Positions 48,987 through 59,885 of a stretch of DNA of 64,000 nucleotides are shown one piece after another. Origin of the DNA: Gammaproteobacteria bacterium (GTDB lineage Bacteria; Pseudomonadota; Gammaproteobacteria; Magnimaribacterales; AG-339-G14); the NCBI GenBank assembly GCA_045564455.1, contig JBJLHG010000002.1:319106-383105 (forward strand), given 5' to 3'. The translations under genes and the position numbers were made by a program. The notes under the pieces were generated by a model. The model did no database searches. It was not told the DNA's origin and saw only the letters and a program-made list of their open reading frames with translations. The stretch's first letter is position 1; every line of letters begins with the position of its first letter.

Positions 48987-49694
48987 ATGAGGATACCACG
49001 AATATTTTATCCATTTGAATTGGAGCCAAATTCTGAAATTAAACTAAATATTTCCAGCTCCAATCATTTAAAAGTCATAAATGTAAAAATTAATAAACAT
49101 ATTGAGGTATTTAATGGAAAAGGATTTTTTTGCAAAGCAGTTGTAAAAAAAATAGAAAAAAAAATAATTTTTTTAGAGCTTAATTCAAAGATTAATTTTT
49201 CTAAGATAAATAAACTACAAATAAATTTAGCTATTTCAGAAATTAAAAACTTCGATAAGATTGTCAGAGAGTCATGTCAGTTAGGCGTAACAAAAATCTC
49301 TTGTCTTGAGTCTGCAAGAAGTAAATTTAAAAATTTGCCCAGTACAAAAAAAATTTTAAGGTGGGAAGCAATATCTATCAGCGCCTGTGAACAGTGTGGA
49401 CTAAACTGGAAACCAGAAATATCATCAATGACTTTAAACGAATGGGTAGAGAATTCTAATTCCGAAAGTAAAATTTTATTAAACCCAAAAAGCTCTGATA
49501 CATTAAAAAGTATCGAAGCCTCAAATTCATTTGATCTTGCTATAGGTCCGGAAGGGGGTTTTTCTGAAGAGGAAATTATTTTTTTTGAAAAAAATAATTT
49601 TAAAAGTATTTCATGTGGGGATCTAATTTTAAAAACCGAAACTATGCCTGTAGTAGTATTATCAATGGTTAAAGCTTTGTTTGGAGATATTTAA
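48987..49694 (+). CDS. rsmE: 16S rRNA (uracil1498-N3)-methyltransferase RsmE
   Basis: 235 aa starting MRIPRIFY, with a PUA-like N-domain and a SPOUT C-domain (IGPEGGFSEEE...LR.ET). Confidence 0.85.
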   Translation: MRIPRIFYPFELEPNSEIKLNISSSNHLKVINVKINKHIEVFNGKGFFCKAVVKKIEKKIIFLELNSKINFSKINKLQINLAISEIKNFDKIVRESCQLGVTKISCLESARSKFKNLPSTKKILRWEAISISACEQCGLNWKPEISSMTLNEWVENSNSESKILLNPKSSDTLKSIEASNSFDLAIGPEGGFSEEEIIFFEKNNFKSISCGDLILKTETMPVVVLSMVKALFGDI

Positions 49695-49696
49695 AA

Positions 49697-50638
49697 ATGA
49701 AAATTGCAGTTGTAATGGATCCCATTTCAAAAATTAACTTCAAAAAAGATTCCACTTTGCTCTTGCTGCAAGAAGCGCAAAATAGAAATCATTCAATTTT
49801 TTATATCGAACCTCAAGATTTATTTTTTAAAGGCAATATACCAAGCGCTTTATGCTCTGACATATCAGTTCAAATGAATCCAGAAAAATGGTTTGATTTA
49901 AAGAATATTAAAGAGCTTCCTTTGATAGACATGGACGTTATTTTAATGAGACAAGATCCACCTTTTGATATGGAGTATGTAGTTAATACATACATTCTTG
50001 AAGCAGCAGAAAAACAGGGAGTTAGGGTAATTAATAAACCGTCTTCACTAAGAAGTTTTAATGAAAAAATTGCAATTTTAGAATATTTAGAGTTCTGCAC
50101 AAAAACTATTGTTTCTTCAAACGAAGAAGTGATTATAGATTTTATTAAAAAAAATCAAAAAGTTGTGTTGAAGCCGTTGAATTTAATGGGAGGACAAGGA
50201 GTTATTAAATTAAATTTTAATGATTCAAAATTAAAGGAAGCTATAGATATTTCAACAGAACATTTTAAACAGAAGGTTATGGTGCAAGCATTTATAGATA
50301 GAGTCTATGAAGGGGATAGAAGAATTTTAATAATCAACGGTAAAGCATCTGAATTTGCGGTAGTAAGAACGCCTGCAAAAGGAGAGTTCAGAGGTAACCT
50401 AGCTGCAGGAGGAATAGCTACAACCGAACCTTTAAATAAACGAGATAAAGAAATAGCTGAGTTTTTAGGTGAAGATTTAGTAGCAAAAGGTGTTTCCATC
50501 GCTGGGATAGATATTGTTGGAGGTTTTTTAACTGAAATTAATATAACTTGCCCAACTTGTTTTAGAGAGCTTCAAGATCAACAGGGAATTAATTTAACTG
50601 CTAATTTATTTGATTACATTGAAAGCATTAATAAATGA
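49697..50638 (+). CDS. gshB: Glutathione synthetase
   Basis: 313 aa prokaryotic GshB with an ATP-grasp fold (MRQDPPFD, KPL.GMGG.G, GD.R.L...G, NLA.GG). Confidence 0.9.
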   Translation: MKIAVVMDPISKINFKKDSTLLLLQEAQNRNHSIFYIEPQDLFFKGNIPSALCSDISVQMNPEKWFDLKNIKELPLIDMDVILMRQDPPFDMEYVVNTYILEAAEKQGVRVINKPSSLRSFNEKIAILEYLEFCTKTIVSSNEEVIIDFIKKNQKVVLKPLNLMGGQGVIKLNFNDSKLKEAIDISTEHFKQKVMVQAFIDRVYEGDRRILIINGKASEFAVVRTPAKGEFRGNLAAGGIATTEPLNKRDKEIAEFLGEDLVAKGVSIAGIDIVGGFLTEINITCPTCFRELQDQQGINLTANLFDYIESINK

Positions 50639-51189
50639 GTATTCGTTTTAATATCTTTTTACTCATTTCATTTTTACTTCACCTTTTTGTCTTATTTATT
50701 ATCTCTTTTATTTCAGAAAGTAATTATCAAAATAATGACTATGTTAAAAGTATTAACCTTGAATTTTCTAGTTTCCAAAAATTCGATTCAGTAGCTAATC
50801 AAAATAATTTATCTATGTTAGAGAATTCTATTGAAACGAAAGAAAAAAACTCAAAAAAATTATATACCGATAATATAGTTTCTACTTTTGCCGAGAGTTA
50901 TGTGAGCGCTTGGCAAAGAAAAGCAGAAACTATAGGAAATTTAAATTACCCAATTTTTTTAAAAAATAATAAGAACAAAGTTAAACTAACCCTAGCAGTA
51001 ACTATTGCAAAAGATGGGTCACTTTTGGATTATGTTTTAATCAATTCATCAGGAAATAATACGCTAGATGATGCTGCTATAAAGATAGTTAAATTAACAT
51101 TTCCTTTTAAGGGCTTCCCAAAAGAGATGGAAAGCTTTTCAGAAATTACAATTATCAGAGACTGGCAGTTTGGGGATCAAGATATTTAA
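50635..51189 (+). CDS. TonB C-terminal-domain protein (short, lacks an obvious Pro-rich spacer)
   Basis: 184 aa with an N-terminal TM anchor and a C-terminal YP...L.....V.L...I..DGSL.....I.SSGN..LD.AA..IV pattern. Lies between gshB and ruvX, as for Pseudomonas TonB3. Confidence 0.6.
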   Translation: MSIRFNIFLLISFLLHLFVLFIISFISESNYQNNDYVKSINLEFSSFQKFDSVANQNNLSMLENSIETKEKNSKKLYTDNIVSTFAESYVSAWQRKAETIGNLNYPIFLKNNKNKVKLTLAVTIAKDGSLLDYVLINSSGNNTLDDAAIKIVKLTFPFKGFPKEMESFSEITIIRDWQFGDQDI

Positions 51190-51600
51190 GTGAAAGTTTT
51201 GGGAATAGACTATGGAAAAAAAAATATTGGATTCGCCATTGGAACTAGTATTTTAGGTAACTCTTCAACTTTTTTTTCAGAATCATATAAGAACCAGAAA
51301 TCCTTAATTCTTCGAATTTTAAAAATAATAGATGAATGGGAAATCAATGAATTAGTTATCGGACTTCCGTTGAATATGGATGATAGTGAGAGCGAAATGA
51401 GTAAAGAGGTAAGAGAATTTTCAAAGATCTTGTCTCAAGCGATAAATATAAATATTCACCTAGTAGATGAAAGACTAACTACAGTTGAAGCTAAATCAAT
51501 CTTGAAAGAACAAAATAAAAAAACTGACTATATAGATAAAGAAAACCATGGAATGGCAGCTAAGTTAATTGTAGACTCATTTTTAAGAGAGAAAAGATAG
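51190..51600 (+). CDS. ruvX: Holliday-junction-resolvase-like pre-16S rRNA nuclease YqgF/RuvX
   Basis: 136 aa with a GTG start, VLGIDYG.K.IG.A, GLP.NMD and DERLTT.EA. Confidence 0.85.
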   Translation: MKVLGIDYGKKNIGFAIGTSILGNSSTFFSESYKNQKSLILRILKIIDEWEINELVIGLPLNMDDSESEMSKEVREFSKILSQAININIHLVDERLTTVEAKSILKEQNKKTDYIDKENHGMAAKLIVDSFLREKR

Positions 51601-51602
51601 AG

Positions 51603-53369
51603 ATGGCTTTTATACCAGACGAATTTATTCAAAGATTATTAGATGAAACCGATATTGTTTCGTTGATTGATTCATTTATTCCTTTAAAAAGAAAAGGCAA
51701 GGATCATTGGGCATTATGTCCTTTTTGCGAAGATGGAAATAAGCCATCTTTTAGTGTGAGTCAGCAAAAACAATTCTATTATTGTTTTAGATGTAGAGCA
51801 TCTGGAAATGTTATTGGGTTTTTAATGAACTTTCAGTCGAGAGATTTTCAGGGAGCTATAGAAGTATTAGCTAACAACGCCGGTATGGAAATTCCTTCTC
51901 AAGCTAATGACAAATCCTACGAAAAACATAAAAAAATCTTTGAAGTGAATTCACAAGCAGCTGAATTTTATTCCAACAATTTAATTAATCATGCAGACTC
52001 AAAGCATATAAGAGATTATTTATTGAAAAGAGGAATTTCAGAAGAAGTTTATAAAATTTTTCAAATAGGTTTTGCTCCAAAGGGCTGGGATAATTTGTTA
52101 AAACATTTTGATAAAAACCTTCAAGAAGAATTAAAAGAAATAGATGCCGGATTATTTAAGACTAGTGAAAAAAATAACAAGCAATACGATACTTATAGAA
52201 ACAGAATAATTTTTCCCATCAAATCTAAAAGAAATCAAATTATAGGTTTTGGTGCAAGAGTCATAGACCCAGAAGATAACCCTAAGTATTTAAATTCTTC
52301 AGAATCGGAAATTTTTAAAAAAGGCAGGGAGCTATATGGGCTAAATGAAATTTTAAATAGCAAAAGAAAACCAAATAAAATTGTTGTGGTTGAAGGATAT
52401 ACTGACGTGCTTTCATTATTCTCTAAAGGAATAAACTATGCAGTAGCCACATTGGGAATCGCAACAAGCAAAACTCACGTTGAAAAGATTTTTAATCATG
52501 TAGATGAGATGGTTTTCTGTTTTGATGGAGACGAAGCCGGAATCAAAGCAGCAGAATCTGCTTTAAGCATTTGCTTACCCATCTTAAGAGATGGTAAAAA
52601 AATGAAATTTTTATTTTTGCCTGAGGGCGAAGACCCATCTAGCCTTTTAGAAAGGGAGGGTAAAGAAGACTTTGAAAAAAGAATAGATTCTTCAAAAGTT
52701 TTATCCGAATATTTATTTGAGATGATTTTAAGCAAGCATGATGAATCAATAGAATCAAAAGCAGCCGCATCTCAAGAATTTATGAACACAGTAAGAGTAA
52801 TGCCCTCTAGCAATTTCAAAAACATTTTAATCCAAGAATTTTCAAAAAAAATTGGCATTAACCTGTCTGATAACTCTAAACCAAAGACTAAAGGCAAAAT
52901 TAATTATGACCGAATAAATTCATCCACTGAAAAAAAACAGCTTGAAATGAATAAAGTAAAAAAAAGCATTATCAAAACATTATTAGATAATCCTAATTTA
53001 GCAAAAAACGAAGTTTTAGATTTTTTCAATGAAGATGATAGTTTTATGAAGGAATTTTTAGATTTCTTAAGAAGCAAGGAAAATTTGACTTTTCCGATGA
53101 TTCTTCAAGCTTTTGAGGGAAAAAAACAGTTTTTAATAGATTTGGCTGAAGATCAAAACTTAATTGCAAGTGAAGAGGCTGAAGCTTTTATCTTGCAAGC
53201 CGTAAATTATCTAAAAAAATCTAATAAAGAAGATTTACTCTCTAATTTAAAGAATGATTTATTAAATGGCTCAATTACGTCTCAAAATAAGATTGAATTG
53301 AAAAAATTATTGATGAATAAGTTTGAGAACCTTAATGAATCTGAAATTAAAATGCTTAAAGATATTTGA
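51603..53369 (+). CDS. dnaG: DNA primase
   Basis: 588 aa with the zinc ribbon CPFCEDGNKPSFSVSQQKQFYYCFRCRASGN, a TOPRIM domain (VVEGYTDV, DGDEAG) and a C-terminal DnaB-interaction region. Confidence 0.94.
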   Translation: MAFIPDEFIQRLLDETDIVSLIDSFIPLKRKGKDHWALCPFCEDGNKPSFSVSQQKQFYYCFRCRASGNVIGFLMNFQSRDFQGAIEVLANNAGMEIPSQANDKSYEKHKKIFEVNSQAAEFYSNNLINHADSKHIRDYLLKRGISEEVYKIFQIGFAPKGWDNLLKHFDKNLQEELKEIDAGLFKTSEKNNKQYDTYRNRIIFPIKSKRNQIIGFGARVIDPEDNPKYLNSSESEIFKKGRELYGLNEILNSKRKPNKIVVVEGYTDVLSLFSKGINYAVATLGIATSKTHVEKIFNHVDEMVFCFDGDEAGIKAAESALSICLPILRDGKKMKFLFLPEGEDPSSLLEREGKEDFEKRIDSSKVLSEYLFEMILSKHDESIESKAAASQEFMNTVRVMPSSNFKNILIQEFSKKIGINLSDNSKPKTKGKINYDRINSSTEKKQLEMNKVKKSIIKTLLDNPNLAKNEVLDFFNEDDSFMKEFLDFLRSKENLTFPMILQAFEGKKQFLIDLAEDQNLIASEEAEAFILQAVNYLKKSNKEDLLSNLKNDLLNGSITSQNKIELKKLLMNKFENLNESEIKMLKDI

Positions 53370-53463
53370 ATCTTATTGAAATTCATAAAATTAGCTATAT
53401 TTTTTAATATGATTCAAACCGACAAAGATATATAATTCTTTTCCTTTTTTATATAGAGAAAAT

Positions 53464-55245
53464 ATGTACGACGAAGATATTGAAAATAATGGTCTGAGAG
53501 AATTAATTGAAAAAGGCCGTGAACAAGGCTTCATAACATACGCAGATATAAACGATTATCTGCCTGATGATGTTTCTGATCCAGATCAATTAGATGAAGT
53601 CATTCAAATGGTTAATGACCTTGGGCTGCAAGTCTTAGAAAATGCTCCTGAAGAGGGTTCAGAAGCCATGGCAGCTGCTAATTTACCGGCTCAACCAGCT
53701 ATCACTGAAAATGAAATGGGAGCCATAGAATCAGAAGTAGGCAGAACCACTGATCCAGTTAGACTTTATATGAGAGAGATGGGTTCTGTTGATCTACTAA
53801 CAAGAGAAGGTGAAATTACTATAGCAAAAAGCATCGAAGAGGGTGCAAGAGACCTTCTGCATGCTTGTGCATATTTTCCAGGAATCATTGAAGAAGTATT
53901 ATTAGAATATGCATTAATTAAAAAAGAAGACAAAAGAATGTCTGACTTAGTTGTTGGGTTTATGGACGAAGAGGAAGAAGTTTTGCCTGGCCCTCAAGCG
54001 GGAGAATCTTCAGATGACGAAGAAGAAAATACAGGAATTGATTTAGAAGAATTAAACAAAAGATTTTCTAAGCTTAAAAGACAATATAATAAAACTGAAA
54101 AGATCTTAGCTTCCAAAGGAAGGACGAGTCCAGAAGCTATCAAAGAATTTGATAGATTAGGAGAAGCTTTTAAATTTTTAAAACTTTCACCAAAGAAATT
54201 TGAAGTAATTTCCTTAAAGCCTAGATTGCTAGCTAGACAGATAAGAGCTGCTGAAAGAGAAATTTATAATCTTTGTGTTCAAAAAAGTAAAATGCCCAGA
54301 AAAGAGTTTCTTGACGCTTTTAGAGATAACCCTACTAATTTAAAATTCTTAGATCCTATTTTTAAAAGTAAAAAAAACTACGTTGGTGAATTAGTAGATT
54401 ACAAAGATGATATCAAAGCTATACAGAACAAAATTAAGTCTTTAGAAAAAAATATTGGAATGACCGCGGTAGAATTAAAAGCTCTAGCATCAAAGATGAC
54501 CAAAGGCGAAACAAAAATTAGAAGAGCAAAAAAAGATATGATTGAAGCTAATTTAAGATTAGTAATATCAATCGCAAAAAAGTATACAAATCGAGGACTG
54601 CAATTTTTAGATCTGATTCAGGAAGGAAATATTGGATTAATGAAAGCTGTAGATAAGTTTGAATACCGAAGGGGGTATAAATTTTCTACATACGCAACAT
54701 GGTGGATAAGGCAGGCAATAACAAGATCGATAGCAGATCAGGCAAGAACTATTAGAATTCCTGTGCATATGATCGAAACTATAAATAAGTTAAATCGAAT
54801 CTCAAGGCAAATGCTTCAAGAAAATGGACGCGAGCCTACGCCGGAAGAACTCAGCGTGAGAATGGAAATGCCTGAAGATAAAGTTAGAAAAGTATTAAAA
54901 ATAGCCAAAGAACCTATTTCAACTGAAACGCCAATTGGCGATGAAGACGATACTACTTTAGGAGACTTCATTGAAGATCCGTTGCTAGATTCCCCAATCG
55001 ATTCTGCAACTGAATCGAATTTAATAGAAGCGACAGGTGGAGTGCTTGGAAGTTTAACTGCAAGAGAAGCAAAAGTTTTAAGAATGCGTTTTGGTATTGG
55101 CATGAATACCGATCATACTCTTGAGGAAGTAGGTAAACAGTTCGACGTAACTCGAGAGAGAATTAGACAGATTGAAGCTAAAGCATTAAGAAAGCTTAGA
55201 CACCCGTCAAGATCAGGACATTTAAAAGGCTTCTTAGACGAATAA
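53464..55245 (+). CDS. rpoD: RNA polymerase primary sigma factor RpoD (sigma-70)
   Basis: 593 aa with region 1.2 [11 protein letters not shown], an acidic non-conserved region, region 2 [36 protein letters not shown] and region 4.2 [28 protein letters not shown]. Confidence 0.96.
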   Translation: MYDEDIENNGLRELIEKGREQGFITYADINDYLPDDVSDPDQLDEVIQMVNDLGLQVLENAPEEGSEAMAAANLPAQPAITENEMGAIESEVGRTTDPVRLYMREMGSVDLLTREGEITIAKSIEEGARDLLHACAYFPGIIEEVLLEYALIKKEDKRMSDLVVGFMDEEEEVLPGPQAGESSDDEEENTGIDLEELNKRFSKLKRQYNKTEKILASKGRTSPEAIKEFDRLGEAFKFLKLSPKKFEVISLKPRLLARQIRAAEREIYNLCVQKSKMPRKEFLDAFRDNPTNLKFLDPIFKSKKNYVGELVDYKDDIKAIQNKIKSLEKNIGMTAVELKALASKMTKGETKIRRAKKDMIEANLRLVISIAKKYTNRGLQFLDLIQEGNIGLMKAVDKFEYRRGYKFSTYATWWIRQAITRSIADQARTIRIPVHMIETINKLNRISRQMLQENGREPTPEELSVRMEMPEDKVRKVLKIAKEPISTETPIGDEDDTTLGDFIEDPLLDSPIDSATESNLIEATGGVLGSLTAREAKVLRMRFGIGMNTDHTLEEVGKQFDVTRERIRQIEAKALRKLRHPSRSGHLKGFLDE

Positions 55246-55255
55246 TTCAAAAAAA

Positions 55256-55332
<77 letters not shown>

Positions 55333-55388
55333 CTTAAATTTAACTTTTTCTTAATTGAGAGTTTTAAATACACAATTCATAATAAGTT

Positions 55389-56384
55389 ATGTTTAGCAAA
55401 AACTATTCTAAAGACAAAGAAATTAACGATCCTTCTAAATACAGTTTATCTAAAGATGTAACTTGGGCATCCCCAAAAGGATTTGATTTAACTATGGATA
55501 TTTACACTCCAAAAAAAAATCAAAAGACTTATCCAGTACTAGCAATTTTTCATGGCGGTGGTTTTTTAGTTCGAAGAAAAGAGATTATGAATAATATGGC
55601 TCAATATATTGCTTCAAATCATAACTATGTCGTTTGCAATATTAATTACCGTCTATTAGGCGATCAAAATAATACAGTTGCTTTTAATGAGATTATTAAT
55701 GATGCATTTGGATCTATTTTATGGATCAAAGAAAACATCAATAGGTATGAAGGGGACAAGGAGAAAGTCGCAGTGACTGGAGATAGTGCAGGAGCATATT
55801 TATCTGCGATGATCTTGAACTCAGGAGATAAGCTAGGCGATAGTGATAATTTTCATAAACATCTCTCTTTTGAGCCTAGTTATATTCCAGAAAATACTAC
55901 TCTAAAAGAAATTTCTAAGAGCAAACTTCTGGATGTTCAAGCGGCAATTTTAAACTATGGCGGTTATGACTTTTATAATGCATGTCTAAAAACCGGTGCT
56001 GAAACATATAAAAATCCATTTTGGTGGATGGCTCTTTCAAAACCCAGAGGAATATTTGGATCTAAGTTTAATTTAGAAAAAAATTCAGATATGTATAAAG
56101 CTGTATCTCCTATTTTTAATATTCCTGAAGTAAACCAAAGACAGCTTCCACCTCAACTTTTAACAGGCGCTTCCAAAGATCGAGTAACACCTGTCAAGTT
56201 AATTCAGATTTATTTAAATAAATTAAAAAATAAAGGACAAAAATGCGAATATTGGGAGCACGAAGGTAGAGGTCATGCATATTTAGATTCAGGAAAATCC
56301 TTTCTTTCAGGAAATGATTTCAAAAGAGATGCAATTCCAGCTTTAGAGATTATGGCGGAGTTCTTGAATTCTATCTTCAATTGA
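55389..56384 (+). CDS. Alpha/beta-hydrolase esterase/lipase (hormone-sensitive-lipase family)
   Basis: 331 aa with the oxyanion motif FHGGGF, the nucleophile elbow GDSAGA, and a C-terminal His in GRGHAY. Confidence 0.8.
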   Translation: MFSKNYSKDKEINDPSKYSLSKDVTWASPKGFDLTMDIYTPKKNQKTYPVLAIFHGGGFLVRRKEIMNNMAQYIASNHNYVVCNINYRLLGDQNNTVAFNEIINDAFGSILWIKENINRYEGDKEKVAVTGDSAGAYLSAMILNSGDKLGDSDNFHKHLSFEPSYIPENTTLKEISKSKLLDVQAAILNYGGYDFYNACLKTGAETYKNPFWWMALSKPRGIFGSKFNLEKNSDMYKAVSPIFNIPEVNQRQLPPQLLTGASKDRVTPVKLIQIYLNKLKNKGQKCEYWEHEGRGHAYLDSGKSFLSGNDFKRDAIPALEIMAEFLNSIFN

Positions 56385-56499
56385 CTATTCGATGAATGGA
56401 AAAATTTAAATTTTAAGATCATTACCGTTAATGAATGGATATAACTGAATAATCCATCTTAATAAGACTCTTTTACTTAAAAATAGTTAAACTTCTTAA

Positions 56500-56901
56500 A
56501 TGTTAAATATCCATGAATTTACTATTCTTGTTTCTGGGATAATTTCTGGAATAATTTTATTCCAGTCGGCTATTGTTGCGCCTTCAGTTTTTAAAACATT
56601 AAATGCGGATCAAGCTAGTCCTTTTTTAAGATCAGTCTTCCCTAAGTTATTTAGATTGGTAGCAATATTAGGTGCTTTAGCTTTAATCACTACTTTATTT
56701 TTTGAGACTAATTCTTTTTATAAATATTTTATTTTTTCAGCTACTTTAATACTCCCTTTGATATGCGCAGCAATCATTCCCGCAACAAATGCAGCAAGGG
56801 ATTCTGGAAACGACAAAACCTTCAGAATTTACCATACGATAAGCATCTTGCTTACTATTTTGGTGTTATTATTAAATTTGACTTGGATATTTTTTATTTA
56901 G
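56500..56901 (+). CDS. Small four-helix membrane protein (DUF4149/TMEM205-like)
   Basis: 133 aa with four hydrophobic segments and no catalytic motif. The family assignment is from general resemblance only. Confidence 0.45.
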   Translation: MLNIHEFTILVSGIISGIILFQSAIVAPSVFKTLNADQASPFLRSVFPKLFRLVAILGALALITTLFFETNSFYKYFIFSATLILPLICAAIIPATNAARDSGNDKTFRIYHTISILLTILVLLLNLTWIFFI

Positions 56902-56910
56902 ATCGTAAAT

Positions 56911-57603
56911 ATGAATAGCGATTCTTCTCTAGTATTTGGCTCTTCTGGCTTTATCGGATTTAAAGTAGTTAACCTTCTAAATGAAAATAAAATACCCGTA
57001 CTAGCTCCCTCAAGAAGCCCTCAAAAAAATCTTCCAAAGAACACTAAAGAAATTATCATAGAAAATTTTGACTTAACTTCTATAAAAATATCGGATGTTA
57101 AACACGTATATATTTGTCTTGGAACAAAATTAAGAGCTTGGGAGCTAATAAGGATGAATAAAACTAAAAAAGACGAATTTCAAAAAGTAGATTTAGAAAT
57201 TATCTTAAATGCTGCAAGAAAAGCTCGATCATGTGGAGCGGAAACAATTTCTTTAATTTCGGCTGTTGGCGTGAAAGCTGAATCTTTTAACTTTTATATG
57301 AACATAAAGGGCAGGGTGGAAAAAGAAATAATAGATTTAGGTTTTAAGTCAGTGAATATTTTTAGGCCGGGACATTTAAACGGTAAAGGAACTGATTCTA
57401 ATTGGGACGTAAAGTTTGCAGATTTTGTTTCTAAGATTATAGATAATTTCATGATTGGATCATTTTCTAAATTCAAAAGCATTGAAGGAGATTTTGTAGC
57501 AAAATCGATGGTTATAGAGACGCAGAAAAGTAAATCTGGGGTAAATTATTTTTATTTTAACGATATGATCCAATCGTTGACTATGGATACACCTTCAACA
57601 TGA
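56911..57603 (+). CDS. Atypical SDR / NAD(P)H-binding protein (NmrA/HTATIP2-like)
   Basis: 230 aa with the N-terminal Rossmann motif VFGSSGFIG. I found no YxxxK catalytic pair. Confidence 0.6.
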   Translation: MNSDSSLVFGSSGFIGFKVVNLLNENKIPVLAPSRSPQKNLPKNTKEIIIENFDLTSIKISDVKHVYICLGTKLRAWELIRMNKTKKDEFQKVDLEIILNAARKARSCGAETISLISAVGVKAESFNFYMNIKGRVEKEIIDLGFKSVNIFRPGHLNGKGTDSNWDVKFADFVSKIIDNFMIGSFSKFKSIEGDFVAKSMVIETQKSKSGVNYFYFNDMIQSLTMDTPST

Positions 57604-58577
57604 GTTGTGGTTCTGCCAGATTCGGGCATCATTTCCCCAGGATCTAGAGACTTCATTCTGTTTAACATTATCGACTCATCAGGTTTTCCAGGAACTATCG
57701 AATACTTAAGATCGCCACTTGCTCTTCCTGCAGCAACAGGTTTTTTATAGATACCTAATTTCATATTATCTGTTTCGGTAAGTTGAAGATAAAGCCCAGT
57801 CGTGTCTGCAGAACCGCTAGGCATATGACAATGACCACAATTTATATCTAAATATGCTCTAGCCCTTGCCTCTATTGGCGCGCTTACATCTGACCAATCA
57901 ACTATTAAATCTAAAGGGATATGATTTTCGACCATTTCATTCTCTAACCAATAAGAGATCTGATTAGCTTTTTTGTCTTTGTATTCTATAGAAAAGTTTA
58001 AATTTCTCGATTTCGGTCCAATTGGCATAATTTCATTATTTTTTAAATGACATTCTTTGCACTGATTCTGATTGGGAACTCTATAATTAATGGATAACAG
58101 TTCTCCATTTCTTTTTACTTGCATCGATTTGTAAGTAAAGCCAGTGACCTTGAGAAATGCTTCTGTTTGGTTTTCATTCCAAAGATAAGTATGAGCTTTC
58201 CAGCCTGATTCTTGATTTAACAGAAGCCTTGTTTCTAAGAGTTTTTTGCCGCCATTTAAAGCTTCAGGATAAGAAAATGTTTTTACAAGAACTGATCCGA
58301 TAGGAAAGTCATAAACTTCATTAGGAATAAATTTCGCTTTTTTGCCTTTTGGAACGTAGACGAATCTGTCTTTATCAGCATAATCAGAGAATAAGGTTGA
58401 GTGAAGAATATAAGGAAAAACGCCTGCATTAGGAATTTGCTTAATCAAGTCTTCAAATAAACCATATTCAGAAAGTTTTTTTTCAGGCTTGGAAGATAAA
58501 ATAGCCTCATCATTTACTGCAAAAGCAATTGCATTAAAAAAGATAATTAAAACTATAAAAAGTTTTTTTAAAACCAT
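57552..58577 (-). CDS. Secreted diheme c-type cytochrome of unknown function (HNE_0200 / SO_2930-like family)
   Basis: 341 aa with a signal peptide (LFIVLIIFFNAIAFA) and two CXXCH heme motifs, CKECH at 58047-58061 and CGHCH at 57825-57839. A Met-rich segment GEMMPESGR lies near the C-terminus. 10-nt overlap with the upstream beta-helix gene. Confidence 0.7.
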   Translation of the reverse strand: MVLKKLFIVLIIFFNAIAFAVNDEAILSSKPEKKLSEYGLFEDLIKQIPNAGVFPYILHSTLFSDYADKDRFVYVPKGKKAKFIPNEVYDFPIGSVLVKTFSYPEALNGGKKLLETRLLLNQESGWKAHTYLWNENQTEAFLKVTGFTYKSMQVKRNGELLSINYRVPNQNQCKECHLKNNEIMPIGPKSRNLNFSIEYKDKKANQISYWLENEMVENHIPLDLIVDWSDVSAPIEARARAYLDINCGHCHMPSGSADTTGLYLQLTETDNMKLGIYKKPVAAGRASGDLKYSIVPGKPDESIMLNRMKSLDPGEMMPESGRTTTHVEGVSIVNDWIISLK

Positions 58578-59788
58578 TCTTTAATAGCAGGAAGTTTTTC
58601 TATTGATCCGTTGTATAAATTTTTATCTCTTTCCGATGAATGAAAGTAAGGAAAAGCTATATACCAAAAAACATCTAAACTAAGGAACTTAGTTTTTTCA
58701 TTTTCGTTAATTACTAATTTTTCATCTTCTGGTTGCCCAAAAATTAATTGGCTAATTGGAAGAAGGCCATCCCATAAAATATCTGGCATTTCTGATCCTG
58801 CTATATCAACTAAGATTTCACCCAAATCTCCTCTTGATGAATCTGGATCAGAACCAACATTTGAATAATTATTATTATAAATTTTAACTTTTTGAGGATA
58901 AGGATCGTAAGTATCATCTCCAGACTCTAAATCACCAGCTACAACTGCTATATGAACTGTTTCATTATCATGAAATTCATTTTCAAAAACTTCTACATTT
59001 CTATTAGCCATAATAATTAAACCAGTTCCTTTAGGAACTTCTCCAACAATATTGCCTTCAGGTGCAAAATTTTCAGTGTTGTTTTTAAAAGATTTATTTT
59101 GAAAGACTCTTACATTTTTACCACCTTGTTTTGGAAGATTTGGTAAGTCAAAAATAAGAATTCCACCGGTATTATTTGTCGCAATATTATTATAGACATC
59201 AGCATCATAAGAATTTTCAATTTCTATGCCAGCTACATTGAATTCGGCTCTTGTATTTCTTACAATAATTTGTTCCGACTGACCTACATATACTCCAGCA
59301 TCAGAAGCGCCAATAGCTACGCATTCATCTATCAAAACGCCTATTGATTCGACAGGGTAAAGCCCATAGGCTCCATTTTTTGAGTCAGGACCATTGGTCC
59401 ATTCAGTCCTTATTCTTAAAAAACTAATATTTTCAACACCCTTGGATTTTATGGCATCTCCTTTAGCATTTTCTACAGCAAAATCTTTTAAAACAACATT
59501 ATCAGAGGTAATAATTAATCCTTGAGCACCAGTTTTTTGATTACTGAAATTTAAAATTGTTTTATCCATTCCAGATCCTTTAATAGTAACGTCTGCTACG
59601 TCTAATGAAAGACCATGTTCTAAATCATATATACCTTCTTTCAAAAAAATGGTGTCACCAGACTCAGCCAAAATTAAAGCTTCTTGTATTTCATCTTGAG
59701 AGGAATCACTTGGTTGGATTTCCCAAATTTCCGAATAAGCATTTAAACTTATTAAAATAAGAAATGAGATTTTGATATATTTTTTCAC
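58568..59788 (-). CDS. Secreted right-handed parallel beta-helix repeat protein (NosD/PbH1-like)
   Basis: 406 aa with a GTG start, AGGGAG RBS and a signal peptide. Repeated about 22-residue coils carry N/G/I/V patterns (VVLKDFAVENAKGDAI, GVLIDECVAIGASDAGVYV, IIVRNTRAEFNVAGIEIE, ADVYNNIATNNTGGILI, VRVFQNKSFKNN, VEVFENEFHDNE). Confidence 0.7.
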   Translation of the reverse strand: MKKYIKISFLILISLNAYSEIWEIQPSDSSQDEIQEALILAESGDTIFLKEGIYDLEHGLSLDVADVTIKGSGMDKTILNFSNQKTGAQGLIITSDNVVLKDFAVENAKGDAIKSKGVENISFLRIRTEWTNGPDSKNGAYGLYPVESIGVLIDECVAIGASDAGVYVGQSEQIIVRNTRAEFNVAGIEIENSYDADVYNNIATNNTGGILIFDLPNLPKQGGKNVRVFQNKSFKNNTENFAPEGNIVGEVPKGTGLIIMANRNVEVFENEFHDNETVHIAVVAGDLESGDDTYDPYPQKVKIYNNNYSNVGSDPDSSRGDLGEILVDIAGSEMPDILWDGLLPISQLIFGQPEDEKLVINENEKTKFLSLDVFWYIAFPYFHSSERDKNLYNGSIEKLPAIKEWF

Positions 59789-59885
59789 AGCATTGCTCCC
59801 TCTAAAGAAATTATTCTACGCCTCTTTAGGCATCATTCAAATTTAACTAGGTTTGATATAGGCTCTAAAAATTAATCTTGCTCCT

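Noticed and set aside
53370-53463. A sigma-70-like -35/-10 pair (TTGAAA ... TATATT) between dnaG and rpoD.
   Set aside because: The spacer is only about 14 nt, and AT-rich DNA yields many such hexamers. This is not supportable without TSS data.
55333-59800. A genomic island integrated at the tRNA(CAU).
   Set aside because: I could find no integrase or recombinase, no direct repeat of the tRNA 3' end, and no phage or transposon genes. This is kept only as a low-interest variable-region note.
59802-59829. A 7-bp inverted repeat (CTAAAGA ... TCTTTAG, 14-nt loop) in the 5' leader of the beta-helix gene, next to its RBS.
   Set aside because: It is short and AT-rich, with a large loop. Comparable chance hairpins are expected in this composition, so it is not enough to claim a riboregulator.
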